DNA of 64,000 bases. Source: Planctomycetota bacterium. GTDB lineage: Bacteria; Planctomycetota; UBA8108; UBA1146; JAJFFE01. The notes below the pieces were generated by a model. That model was not told the origin of the DNA and made no database searches. It worked only from the letters and a program-made list of their open reading frames with translations. A program made the position numbers and the translations under genes. Shown in pieces: positions 18,492-27,782 of this stretch. The stretch's first letter is position 1, and each line of letters opens with the position of its first letter. Where the stretch lies: contig JBFWWP010000032.1 of the NCBI GenBank assembly GCA_050246115.1, positions 1,078-65,077 on the forward strand, given 5' to 3'.

Positions 18492-18851
18492 TCATGCCGG
18501 TACGACTTCCTTGATCTGGCTGGCCAGTTGGTCGGGGGTGAAAGGCTTCGCAACGAAGCCGTTGGCGCCAGCGTTCTTGGCCTCCGTCTGCTTCGAGAAG
18601 TGGGTCTCTGTCGTCACCATCAACACCGGCGTCGTCGATCCCAGTTTCCGTAGTTCGCGCACGAAAGTCAGCCCGTCCATGTTGGGCATGTTCCAGTCGC
18701 ACAGGATCAAGTCCGGGTCGTTGGGAACTTGCGCGAGCGCAAGCTGTCCATCACCGGCTTCCAGGATCTCGGCTTGAACCCCGCCCGACGCCAACGCGCG
18801 CTTGATCATGTTCCGCATTACCGCCGAGTCGTCTACGATCAAGATCTTCAT
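18492..18851 (-). CDS. cheY: CheY-like single-domain response regulator
   Basis: MKILIVDDSAVMRNMIKRAL, phosphoacceptor region LILCDWNMPNMDG, LMVTTE, AKPF. 119 aa. Start overlaps upstream cheX stop (ATGA). Confidence 0.85.
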   Translation of the reverse strand: MKILIVDDSAVMRNMIKRALASGGVQAEILEAGDGQLALAQVPNDPDLILCDWNMPNMDGLTFVRELRKLGSTTPVLMVTTETHFSKQTEAKNAGANGFVAKPFTPDQLASQIKEVVPA

Positions 18852-19360
18852 TGAGCTCCTCCTGCACGGGCACGTTCATGGTTCGAACTGCACACCTTGT
18901 GTGGCTTCATCTGTAGCACGGTATCGACGACCAACCCACTCGCGAAACGGAAGCGATCGGCCTGAGACGCACAAGTCACGCATCCCGCCAAGCGTAGGCT
19001 GCGGCCCTGGATCACGGAGGGCAACCCAAGGCTCAGGTTGTGGGGCTCGAGTCGGGTCTTGATCCCGCCTGCCGCCAGATTGGCGATCTCTCCGAGTCCG
19101 TCACTCGTCGTCGCGTCATTGGTCGATGGCGCCCCGAGCATGGAGGCGACCAGCTCTTCCGCCGCCGTCGCCGTCACCAGGAGATGGAGCACTGCGTCCA
19201 TGGACTCGCCTTGTAGGGCGATCGTGGCGATGAAGTCGTTGGCTCCGTGGACATCGTCCCGATCGGGACTGACGATACGCTCGACCTCGACGCCAAACAT
19301 GCCGAGTGCCTCGCGCAACGCGGGCTCGACGGCACCGAACAACTCTGGGTCCAAGTGCAT
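18848..19360 (-). CDS. cheX: CheX-type chemotaxis phosphatase
   Basis: DGLGEIANLAAGGIKTRL...LSLGLPSVIQG matches the CheX/CheC GE-x-N-x3-G motif. Start at internal ATG 19360 (MHLDPELF) by frame arithmetic. Confidence 0.65.
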   Translation of the reverse strand: MHLDPELFGAVEPALREALGMFGVEVERIVSPDRDDVHGANDFIATIALQGESMDAVLHLLVTATAAEELVASMLGAPSTNDATTSDGLGEIANLAAGGIKTRLEPHNLSLGLPSVIQGRSLRLAGCVTCASQADRFRFASGLVVDTVLQMKPHKVCSSNHERARAGGAQ

Positions 19361-19595
19361 AGCTCCTTTCCCGACGAACGACCTGGCCTTTCGAGGTATC
19401 GGCGTTCTCCGGGGCGGTACTTTTGGGGAGGTTGAGACACGCTTGTCGTCCACGGCGCTTCGGGGGCCCGCCGGGACGCAGCTTACCGGCTCGTCCTCGA
19501 CCGGCGTCGAGGCGGGACCCCGGTGGACGAATTGGCCGGTTCGGCTGCCTCGGGGTATGTTTCTTAGGGGCTGCTACACCGGAAGAGAGTCCAAA

Positions 19596-19967
19596 ATGCG
19601 CACCATCGTCATCGATGATTCCCGGGCCATCCGCAGCATTCTGCGTCGTATCCTTACCGACCTCGGGTTCGAGGTGCTGGAAGCCGGGAATGGCAAGGAA
19701 GCGCTTTCGACACTCGCAGCCAGCGGTCCCGTGGAACTCGCGCTCGTCGACTGGAACATGCCGGAGATGAATGGTTACGAGTTCCTGAAAGCCTTTCGAG
19801 CGGACCCTAGTTCCGCCAATACGAAGATCATCATGGTGACCACGGAGACGGGCACCGAGGAGATGATCAAAGCGATCGAAGCCGGCGCCAATGAGTACGT
19901 CATGAAGCCCTTCGACAAGGAGATGATCGCCTCCAAGCTCGAGATCCTCGGGATCCCGGCCTGCTGA
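19596..19967 (+). CDS. cheY: CheY-like single-domain response regulator
   Basis: MRTIVIDDSRAIRSILRRIL, LALVDWNMPEMNG, IIMVTTE, MKPF. GGAAGAGAG SD upstream of ATG 19596. The upstream part of the 19038..19967 track ORF was rejected. Confidence 0.85.
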   Translation: MRTIVIDDSRAIRSILRRILTDLGFEVLEAGNGKEALSTLAASGPVELALVDWNMPEMNGYEFLKAFRADPSSANTKIIMVTTETGTEEMIKAIEAGANEYVMKPFDKEMIASKLEILGIPAC

Positions 19968-19980
19968 AAGAGGTGCGCTC

Positions 19981-21060
19981 ATGAAGGCGCGTGTTCTGAT
20001 CGTCGACGACTCCGTGGTGATTCGCCGGGTGCTGAGCCAAGCGCTCGGGAGCCATCCCGACATCGAAGTGGTCGGCACTGCTGCCAATGGCCAGATTGGG
20101 CTGGCGAAGATCGCTCAGCTCGAGCCAGACGTGGTCACCATGGACATCGAGATGCCAGTCCTGGACGGCCTCGAGACTTTGGCTGAGCTGCGGAAGACCC
20201 ACCCCCGGCTACCCGTGATCATGTTCAGCACACTGACGGAACGCGGTGGACAGGCAACTCTCAAGGCACTGTCGCTCGGGGCCTCCGACTATCTGACCAA
20301 GCCGAGCCAGACCGAGAGTCCGGGTGAAGCCATCGAGCAAGTGAAAGACGACTTGATCGCGCGGATCCTTGCCCTTACCGGCCGTGGTGAAGCGCCGGTG
20401 CGCACGCCGAGCCCCGCTCCTGCGCGCCCGCGGGATCCCCAGCCCGGCCGCGTGGACATCGTTGCGATCGGGGTCTCGACCGGCGGCCCCAATGCGCTCG
20501 CTGAGATCTTCCCGCGCTTGCCCGCCGACCTGCCGGTGCCGATCGTGCTGGTGCAGCACATGCCGCCGCTGTTTACGCGCTTGCTCGCCGAGCGGCTGGA
20601 CAGCGTCTCGCCGCTCAAGGTATCCGAGGCCAGCGACGGACAGGTGATCGCGCCGGGCACAGCGTGGATCGCCCCCGGGAACTTCCACATGACGGTCGAG
20701 CGGAGCGGCACTGACGTCGTTCTTCGGACCCATCAGGGTGCACCCGAGAACTCGTGCCGGCCGGCGGTCGATCCACTGTTTCGCTCAGTGGCCAGCGTGT
20801 ACGGCCGGCATACGCTGGCGGTGATCCTGACCGGGATGGGACAGGACGGTAAGAAGGGCTGCGAAGTGCTGCACGAACTCGGTGCTCAGATCATCGTGCA
20901 GGATCGCGCCAGCTCGGTCGTGTGGGGCATGCCTTCCGCGGTGGCCCTGAATGGCTTGGCACAAGCCGAGCTGCCGTTGAATGCGATTGCGGACGAAATT
21001 GGTCTGCGGACGCGCGCTCACCGAACCTCTCGGACGCGACGGTCCTTGGCCTCTTCCTGA
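19981..21060 (+). CDS. cheB: Chemotaxis response regulator protein-glutamate methylesterase CheB
   Basis: N-terminal REC domain (VLIVDDSVVIRRVL...VVTMDIEMPVLDG). C-terminal methylesterase DIVAIGVSTGGPNAL, VLVQHMPPLFT, GMGQDG. Confidence 0.9.
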   Translation: MKARVLIVDDSVVIRRVLSQALGSHPDIEVVGTAANGQIGLAKIAQLEPDVVTMDIEMPVLDGLETLAELRKTHPRLPVIMFSTLTERGGQATLKALSLGASDYLTKPSQTESPGEAIEQVKDDLIARILALTGRGEAPVRTPSPAPARPRDPQPGRVDIVAIGVSTGGPNALAEIFPRLPADLPVPIVLVQHMPPLFTRLLAERLDSVSPLKVSEASDGQVIAPGTAWIAPGNFHMTVERSGTDVVLRTHQGAPENSCRPAVDPLFRSVASVYGRHTLAVILTGMGQDGKKGCEVLHELGAQIIVQDRASSVVWGMPSAVALNGLAQAELPLNAIADEIGLRTRAHRTSRTRRSLASS

Positions 21061-21071
21061 ACGAGAGCTTA

Positions 21072-21905
21072 ATGCCGCCGAAGACTTCTGGTTTGGAGTT
21101 CGTCCGTACCCTGGTCCGAGACCGAGCGGGTATCGTCCTGGAGAGCAACAAGGACTACCTGATCGAGTCCCGCCTCAGTGCGGTCGCCCGTAAGTGCGGT
21201 CATAGTTCGCTCGACGACTTCTTGGACGCCATTCAAGGCAAGCGTGACCCCGAGGTCCTCGCGACCGTCGTCGATGCAATGACTACGAACGAAACCTCGT
21301 TCTTTCGTGAGATGCACGTCTTCGAAGGACTGAGGAAGACCGTGTTGCCGGAGTGCATCGAGTTCAACAAGTCTCGGAGGCAGCTGAACTTTTGGTGCGG
21401 GGCCGCCTCTAGCGGACAGGAACCGTACACGATCGCCATGGCGCTTCAGGACTGGTTCCCGGAACTTGCCACCTGGAAGATCCAGTTCACGGCCACGGAC
21501 ATCTCGCAGGAGATGCTCGCACGGTGCCAGGAGGGGGTTTACTCCCAGCTCGAGGTCAATCGTGGGCTGCCCGTACCCATGCTCCTGAAGCACTTTCAGA
21601 AGCAGGGTGCGGACTGGCGTGTCAAGGACCACCTGCGTCGGTACGTCACCTTCCGTGAGCTCAACCTGATCGGCAAGTGGCCGCCGTTCCCAACGCTCGA
21701 CGTGGTGTTCCTCCGCAACGTGCTGATCTACTTCGACGTCGATACCAAGAAGAAGATCCTCGCCAACATCCGCACCTTTCTTCGCCCGCAAGGATTCTTG
21801 TTCCTCGGCTCGGCCGAGACGACTTTGAACCTCGACAACGACTTCGAGCGCGTCAAGTTCGATCGCGGTTGCTGTTACCGTCACGTCCCCAGGAAGGCAA
21901 CCTGA
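21072..21905 (+). CDS. cheR: Chemotaxis protein methyltransferase CheR
   Basis: TNETSFFRE, SAdoMet-binding NFWCGAASSGQEPYTIAM, FLRNVLIYFD. Start at ATG 21072 (MPPKTSG) inside the 20922 ORF, just after the cheB stop. Confidence 0.85.
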   Translation: MPPKTSGLEFVRTLVRDRAGIVLESNKDYLIESRLSAVARKCGHSSLDDFLDAIQGKRDPEVLATVVDAMTTNETSFFREMHVFEGLRKTVLPECIEFNKSRRQLNFWCGAASSGQEPYTIAMALQDWFPELATWKIQFTATDISQEMLARCQEGVYSQLEVNRGLPVPMLLKHFQKQGADWRVKDHLRRYVTFRELNLIGKWPPFPTLDVVFLRNVLIYFDVDTKKKILANIRTFLRPQGFLFLGSAETTLNLDNDFERVKFDRGCCYRHVPRKAT

Positions 21906-21906
21906 C

Positions 21907-22368
21907 ATGCAGGCTCATATGCAGGAGATCACCCGCTTCACCGAGAGCATCTGGAGCACGATGCTCGGATTCATGGTGCAAGCCCAAGTGGGGTCGAGCG
22001 AGCGGGAACTCAGCGAGGTCTCGGACCACGAAGTCGTCGCTTCCGTGGCCATTGCGGGCGCCTGGAACGGTTCGGTCGCGGTCGTCTGTAGCGAGAATCT
22101 GGCGCGCCGTGCCGCTGGCGCCCTCTTCGAGAAGCCCTTCGGGGAGGTCACTCTCGAGGAACTCTCGGACGCCATGGGCGAACTCGCGAACATGATTGGT
22201 GGCAACCTGAAGTCGTTGCTGCCCGCTCCCTCGCATCTCGAAACGCCGTGGATGGCGTGTACTCGTCGCGGGGCCCGGTTCTTGCCCGAGCAGGCCATCA
22301 TCACCCAGGCTGCGTTCGAGTGCGATGGGGCCGGGTTCCGGGTCTACCTTCTCAAGCCGTCTTCCTGA
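21907..22368 (+). CDS. cheX: CheX-type chemotaxis phosphatase
   Basis: LSDAMGELANMIGGNLKSLLP is the CheX/CheC signature. 153 aa. Immediately follows cheR. Confidence 0.6.
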   Translation: MQAHMQEITRFTESIWSTMLGFMVQAQVGSSERELSEVSDHEVVASVAIAGAWNGSVAVVCSENLARRAAGALFEKPFGEVTLEELSDAMGELANMIGGNLKSLLPAPSHLETPWMACTRRGARFLPEQAIITQAAFECDGAGFRVYLLKPSS

Positions 22369-22512
22369 GTCCGGAGCCCAAGAGAGTCCTGCGGCAGTAC
22401 CGGGCAGACGTCACTTCTCCCCGCCACAGACCCCTTCGAACCAACCGGAGACCGGAGACGGCTAGCCGATCCCGACCACGGTGACAGGAACCGGCAACCA
22501 CCCAACGACGCG

Positions 22513-22543
22513 CCGGGGACGCCCCGTGGAGGGACGTCCCCAG
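22513..22543. terminator. GC-rich hairpin between convergent cheX and chemoreceptor genes; candidate bidirectional terminator
   Basis: GGGGACG-N13-CGTCCCC inverted repeat in the 185-bp gap between convergent gene ends (22368 and 22554). No U-tract, as expected in a high-GC genome. Confidence 0.3.
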
Positions 22544-22553
22544 CAGCCGGGCC

Positions 22554-24734
22554 TTACTCGAACTTGAACCGACCGACCAGCTTCTGGAGCCCCGCGGCCA
22601 TCTCCGAGAGTTCTTGGGCCGCCTTCTGGGTATCGCTTGCCCCGGAAGACGTGCTCTCCGCCGCTTGGGCGACTCCCGTGATGTTCTCGGCGATCTCGGT
22701 AGTGCCGCGGGCCGCCTCGGCCACGTTGCGTCCGATTTCGTTGGTGGCAGCGGTCTGCTCCTCGACCGCACTGGCGATGGTGTTCGAGATGTCGTTGATC
22801 TGCTTGATCACGCCCGAGATCTGGGCGATCGCGTTGACCGCGCTCTTCGTGTCCTCTTGGTTGGCCTCGATCTTCTGACTGATCTCCTCGGTTGCCTTGG
22901 CGGTCTCCTTGGCGAGCTCCTTGACCTCGTTCGCAACGACCGCGAAGCCCTTGCCGGCCTCTCCGGCGCGCGCCGCTTCGATGGTGGCGTTCAAGGCGAG
23001 CAGGTTCGTCTGTTGAGCGATCGAGGTGATCACTTTGATCACTTGTCCGATCTCCGCGCTGCTGTTCCCGAGCTTGGCGACGATCGCGTTGGTCTCGTCG
23101 GCCACGCGAACTGCTTGCGTCGCGACGCGCGCCGCTTCGTTCGCGTTGGTGGCGATCTCCGAGATGCTCGCGGTCATCTCCTCGGCGCCGGTTGCCACGG
23201 TTTGCACACTCTTGCTGACCTCGCCGGCCGCGTTCGACACCACACTGGCTTGGGCCGAGGTCTCCTCGGCGTTGGCGCTCATCTGCTCGCTGACGGCCGT
23301 GATCTCGTCCGCGGACGCCGCCAGGCCCTGGGCGCTGTGGGCGATCGTCGAGATGCTCCCGCGCAGGTTCGAGAGGAACTTGGACAGTCCGACCGCGAGC
23401 TGACCAATGGCATCGCTGCCATCGAGGTCGATGCCGCGGGTCAGATCGCCGTCCTGGGCCGACTGCACCACGTCCAGGATCAGGCTCACCTTCTCGCGCA
23501 GCTCGGCTGCTTGAGCGCGCTCGCGCTGCTGCGCCGCCTCGATCTCCTGCTCCTGCTTGAGCTGATCGGTGATTACCGCCCATGACACCATGGGCCCGAT
23601 GTAGGTGCCCTTGGCGTCGTTGATGGCCGACACCTGGAGGTCCAGCGTTTCCGGACCGAGCTGGATCTGTGCGCGGTGTGGCAGGTTGCGCGGGTCGCTG
23701 AGCATCTTGCGCTGATGCTCCGGTCGTTTGTGGAAGATGTCGATGCTCGCGCCGACGACCTTGTCGGCGGGAATCGGCAGGTACTGTTCGACTTTGCGCA
23801 GCGTGGCGAGCGATGCAGGGTTCATGTAGGTGATACGGAAGTCGAGGTCAGTCATCATGATGTTGATCGGCGCGTTCTCGACGAGGGCGAGGATCCGCGC
23901 CTGATCGTTGGCCATGCGGAGTTTGTCGGTGATCACCTCCCAGGTGACCATCGGACCGACGTAGTTGCCGTTGGCGTCGTAGATTGGGCTGACGAGCAGG
24001 TCCGCGGTCTCCGGGCCGATCTGAATCGACGTCCGGTGCGGCAGGTTCGCCGGGTTCTTCAGCAAGCGTCGCTGGTGCGAAGGGTTCTTGTGGAACACGT
24101 CGATGCTGGCGCCCACCATCTGATCCACCGGAATCGGCAGGTACTGCTCGAGCTTCTCGAGCGTGGTCCGTGAGGCCGGGTTGACGTACGTCAGGACGAG
24201 GTCTTCGTCCGCGAGCAGTACGTTGACTGGTGCGTTCTCGAGCATGGCCAGGAGGGTCTCCTGGGTCATTTCCTTTTGCCGCGTCTGCGTCTTCGTCATT
24301 GCCAAAGCCTCTTTTCCACCGACCGATTCGTCCGGGGTATTGATGATTTGTGCTGCCAGGGGACCGATCCGCTGCATGACCTCTCGAACTAGGTCGTCTT
24401 GGACACCGGCAGACGTGAGCGTTGCCGTGAGATGCTGGGCGATCCGCGAGAAGTGACGTCCTTGGATCGAGAGGTGAGAGTGGGCGGATTCCATGTCGCG
24501 CCCCTTGTAGCTGCGCGGCCCGTCCAAGGCCTGGGAGAAGAATGCAACTTGCTGCTTCTTCAGCCACTGCATGTCCGTACGTTCAAAGAACGTCGACACC
24601 AAGGGGTCATCCAGAACCAATTCATAGAAAGCATCCACGACGCTCTTGAGCGCTGCCTTGCCCCCGAGGCGGTCGTAGAGCGACTGCGTCGCGGGAGTTC
24701 CGGGTACTGAGGGCGTCTCGTTGCGCACGGTCAT
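22554..24734 (-). CDS. Methyl-accepting chemotaxis protein with N-terminal truncated haemoglobin (group I trHb), two PAS domains and C-terminal MCP signalling domain
   Basis: trHbN signature [32 protein letters not shown]...[15 protein letters not shown] (B10 Tyr, GG motif, proximal His). Two PAS-like segments follow. Highly conserved MCP core [33 protein letters not shown]. No transmembrane segment seen. Start at ATG 24734 (MTVRNET). Confidence 0.8.
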   Translation of the reverse strand: MTVRNETPSVPGTPATQSLYDRLGGKAALKSVVDAFYELVLDDPLVSTFFERTDMQWLKKQQVAFFSQALDGPRSYKGRDMESAHSHLSIQGRHFSRIAQHLTATLTSAGVQDDLVREVMQRIGPLAAQIINTPDESVGGKEALAMTKTQTRQKEMTQETLLAMLENAPVNVLLADEDLVLTYVNPASRTTLEKLEQYLPIPVDQMVGASIDVFHKNPSHQRRLLKNPANLPHRTSIQIGPETADLLVSPIYDANGNYVGPMVTWEVITDKLRMANDQARILALVENAPINIMMTDLDFRITYMNPASLATLRKVEQYLPIPADKVVGASIDIFHKRPEHQRKMLSDPRNLPHRAQIQLGPETLDLQVSAINDAKGTYIGPMVSWAVITDQLKQEQEIEAAQQRERAQAAELREKVSLILDVVQSAQDGDLTRGIDLDGSDAIGQLAVGLSKFLSNLRGSISTIAHSAQGLAASADEITAVSEQMSANAEETSAQASVVSNAAGEVSKSVQTVATGAEEMTASISEIATNANEAARVATQAVRVADETNAIVAKLGNSSAEIGQVIKVITSIAQQTNLLALNATIEAARAGEAGKGFAVVANEVKELAKETAKATEEISQKIEANQEDTKSAVNAIAQISGVIKQINDISNTIASAVEEQTAATNEIGRNVAEAARGTTEIAENITGVAQAAESTSSGASDTQKAAQELSEMAAGLQKLVGRFKFE

Positions 24735-24762
24735 TGGAGTTCCGTTCACGCTGGGCAAAGAG

Positions 24763-25221
24763 TCAGAGCGACGGGGAAGACGCCACCGCAGTGTCGAGCG
24801 CCCTGCGGGTGTCGAGCACGAGGAGGAGTCGACCGGGGTGTTTGTAGACGCCCTTGATGAGCTCGCGCACCGACGCAGCGACCGTCTCGGGTGGAGATTC
24901 GTAGCTCTCCGGGTGGACTTCGAGAACGTCGCCGATGTCATCGACGAGGAGGCTCACCGCGCCTTCCGACTCGCGAACCACGACATTCATCGGCAGCTGC
25001 CCGGGCTCGCGATCGGGTAGGCCGAGGCGCCGTCGCAGGTCGATCGCGGTGACGATCTCCCCCCGCAAGTTGATCAGGCCGCTGACCTCGGGGGGGGCCA
25101 ACGGCACCATGGTCATGCGCTGGTAGCGGATGACCTCTTGAACGTCGAGTACGGGAATCCCGAGGAACAACTCACCCAGGTAGAAGGTGCAGAGCTGTCG
25201 GGTCTGGCTTTCGCTATGCAT
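24763..25221 (-). CDS. cheW: Chemotaxis coupling protein CheW
   Basis: [22 protein letters not shown]...[18 protein letters not shown]...LVLDTRRAL is a typical CheW fold. Start at ATG 25221 (MHSESQT), overlapping the cheA 3' end. Confidence 0.85.
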   Translation of the reverse strand: MHSESQTRQLCTFYLGELFLGIPVLDVQEVIRYQRMTMVPLAPPEVSGLINLRGEIVTAIDLRRRLGLPDREPGQLPMNVVVRESEGAVSLLVDDIGDVLEVHPESYESPPETVAASVRELIKGVYKHPGRLLLVLDTRRALDTAVASSPSL

Positions 25222-27448
25222 GAGCGACCTCCTGGAGCAAGCTGGGATCGAAGGCGGAAACGATCGAGTCGAGGTCGACGAACTGCGTGACGCGGTCATG
25301 GACGACGGCGGTTTGAGTGACGCCCTTGCGCGGGATCTTGCGTTGAACCTCGATCGTCTCATCGACGATGTCGAGGATGCGCCCGACGACCAGGCCAACG
25401 CTGGACGAGCCACGCGAATGAACGATGACCTGATAGACCTGCCGTTCGCTCTCCTCCGTGGTTACATTGAAGAGCCGTGGCAGGTTGAGGAGTGGCATGA
25501 TCTCGCCGCGGTACTGAACGACTTCTTGACCGCCGACGAGTTCGACGCGGTCGAACGGGATCTCTTCGAGCCGGGCAACCGCAGCCAAAGGCATGGCCAT
25601 CTGTTCTTTGCCGCCGAGGCTGAACAGGAGCAGGGCTTGGCGGCGCCCGACGCTCTTGCTGTCGGCATGCTCGAAGCGGCCGACCTGGCGCTCCGCGTGT
25701 TCGGTGACCACCTGGGCGCGCTGAGCCAAGCCCATGACGTCCAGGATCAGCGCTACCTTGCCGTCGCCACGGACGGTGGCTCCGGCGAAAGCACTGGCAC
25801 CCTTGAGTTGCCGACCGAGCGGTTTGACGACGATCTCCTCAGTGTCGTTGATCCCTTCGACGACGAGGCCGAACTGACGGTCGTCGGCCTGGAGGACGAC
25901 GATGTTGACGATCGAGTCGGTGCGCGGCGTGTCGGCAGCCTTGGCGATTCGCAGTTCCTCGTCCAGGAAGACGAGTGGGAGGATGTTCCCGCGGAGTCGG
26001 TAGACCGGGGCGCGGTGGACATACTCGATGCCGTCGCGGGCTTGGTCCCCCTCCAGGCGGACCAGTTCGAGGAGGTTGACCTGGGGGATCGCGTACTGCT
26101 CGCCGCCGGTCGAAACCACCAGCGCGGGGATGATGGCCAGGGTCAGCGGGATCTTCACCCGCAGCGTCATACCTTGGCCGAACACGCTTTGCACGTCGAC
26201 CGTGCCGCCGATCTTCTCGATGTTGGTGCGGACCACGTCCATGCCGACGCCGCGGCCGGAGACGTTGGTCACCTTTTCTGCGGTCGAGAAACCTGGACGG
26301 AAGATGAGGTTCACCGCCTCACGATCGCTCATGCGTGCGTGCTGCTCGGCGGTGATGACGCTACGCTGCAGGGCCTTCTCCTTGACCCTTTCGATGTTGA
26401 TGCCAGCGCCGTCGTCGATGATCTCGATATTGACCTGGCCGCCCTCGTGGAACGCTCGTAGGAGGAGGCAGCCTTCTTCGGGCTTTCCTTTCTGACGGCG
26501 GACTTCGGGGGGTTCGATACCATGGTCGACCGAGTTGCGAATGACGTGTGTGAGCGGGTCCTTGATGGCCTCGATGATGGTCTTGTCGAGCTCGGTGCCC
26601 TCACCCTCCATCTCCACACGGACCTTCTTGCCACAGGCGCGCGACAGATCGCGGACCACGCGTGGGAACCGACTCCACACGGTGTGGATGGGCTGCATGC
26701 GGGTTTTCATGACACCGCCTTGCAGTTCTGTCGTCACGAGGTTGAGTCGCTGAGTGGTCGCGAGGAAGGTGTTGTCGTTGAGGTTGGCGGAGAACTGGAG
26801 AATCTGGTTCCTGGCCAGCACGAGTTCGCCAACCAGGTTCATGAGCTTGTCGAGTTGGGCGACGTCGACCCGGACGGCGGTGTCGGCCAACGAGGCGGCC
26901 TTGGACTCGTTGGGACGGCTCGGCTCGGGCGCCGGTTCGCCGGGCGGCGACGAAGCAGGCGCTGCCCCCGCTTCGGCCGGACGAACTCGTTCGGCCTTCT
27001 CGACCATGGGCGGAACGGGCTCAGGTGGAGCCGCGGGGACCGCTTCGGCCACGGCCGGATCGGCTTGGCGGCTTGGGTCCTGCAGGCGCGTGAGCAGTGC
27101 GATCAGTCCGGAGTCGTCGCGAACCCCCTCGTTCCCGGAGTTCTCGATGGAGGAGAGCATTTGGCGCACCGCGTCGACCATGGCGAGCAACGCGGTGGTG
27201 ATCTCCTGGTTCAGTTGCAGCTTGCCGTCGCGCAGCATGCTGAGGAGGTTCTCCCCGTTGTGCGTGACGGACTCGAGCTTGTGGAAGGCGAGGAACCCGC
27301 AGGTACCCTTGATCGTGTGGATACAGCGGAAGATCGCCGCCAGGAGATTGCGGTCGGTTGGGTCCTTCTCGAGCGCGATCAGGTCACGGTCCAACTGGTC
27401 GAGGCCCTCGTAGCTCTCCACCAGAAACTCTCGGATTAGGTCGTCCAT
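25214..27448 (-). CDS. cheA: Chemotaxis histidine kinase CheA
   Basis: HPt site FRCIHTIKGTCGFLAF. Dimerisation and HATPase_c regions (HLIRNSVDHGIE, GRGVGMDVV). Two C-terminal CheW-like domains. Start at ATG 27448 (MDDLIREFLV). Confidence 0.9.
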   Translation of the reverse strand: MDDLIREFLVESYEGLDQLDRDLIALEKDPTDRNLLAAIFRCIHTIKGTCGFLAFHKLESVTHNGENLLSMLRDGKLQLNQEITTALLAMVDAVRQMLSSIENSGNEGVRDDSGLIALLTRLQDPSRQADPAVAEAVPAAPPEPVPPMVEKAERVRPAEAGAAPASSPPGEPAPEPSRPNESKAASLADTAVRVDVAQLDKLMNLVGELVLARNQILQFSANLNDNTFLATTQRLNLVTTELQGGVMKTRMQPIHTVWSRFPRVVRDLSRACGKKVRVEMEGEGTELDKTIIEAIKDPLTHVIRNSVDHGIEPPEVRRQKGKPEEGCLLLRAFHEGGQVNIEIIDDGAGINIERVKEKALQRSVITAEQHARMSDREAVNLIFRPGFSTAEKVTNVSGRGVGMDVVRTNIEKIGGTVDVQSVFGQGMTLRVKIPLTLAIIPALVVSTGGEQYAIPQVNLLELVRLEGDQARDGIEYVHRAPVYRLRGNILPLVFLDEELRIAKAADTPRTDSIVNIVVLQADDRQFGLVVEGINDTEEIVVKPLGRQLKGASAFAGATVRGDGKVALILDVMGLAQRAQVVTEHAERQVGRFEHADSKSVGRRQALLLFSLGGKEQMAMPLAAVARLEEIPFDRVELVGGQEVVQYRGEIMPLLNLPRLFNVTTEESERQVYQVIVHSRGSSSVGLVVGRILDIVDETIEVQRKIPRKGVTQTAVVHDRVTQFVDLDSIVSAFDPSLLQEVAHA

Positions 27449-27782
27449 GCACTTCCCTTGGAGTTGTTCGACGTGGCGATGGGGTACGCTAGGTCTCGGC
27501 CTGACAGCTTTATCGACAGAACTGCGCGGTTCCCTTAGCGACCGAGGCGTGGGTCCCGGAAGCGTGGCGAGGCCGGCCGTCGGGAGGGAGGAGCCCGGGG
27601 GCGCGCGACCGCAGCGCACCGGCGGGTTCGCCGCGCACGATGCAGGCTTGCCAGGGGGCTAGCGAGGAGCACCGTTGGCCAGTATCCTCGGAAGCCTTGC
27701 GAGCCGCTGGCGGGGAGGGCGGCGCGGCGACCCCGGTCTCGGGTCACTGTTTCGACGCCAACTCCCTTTCAGAAAACAGCTT

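Noticed and set aside
19038-19595. Upstream 186 codons of the 309-aa track ORF ending in the second cheY
   Set aside because: Upstream part is low-complexity and antisense to cheX. A good SD plus ATG at 19596 gives a canonical 123-aa CheY.
22462-23585. Long ORFs (373 and 323 aa) on both strands overlapping the trHb-MCP gene
   Set aside because: Arg/Gly-rich junk frames. The MCP signalling-domain reading frame is unambiguous.
24735-24941. 69-aa N-terminal extension of the trHb-MCP ORF
   Set aside because: Arg/Ser-rich low-complexity. The globin fold begins right after Met at 24734. The extension also overlaps cheW.
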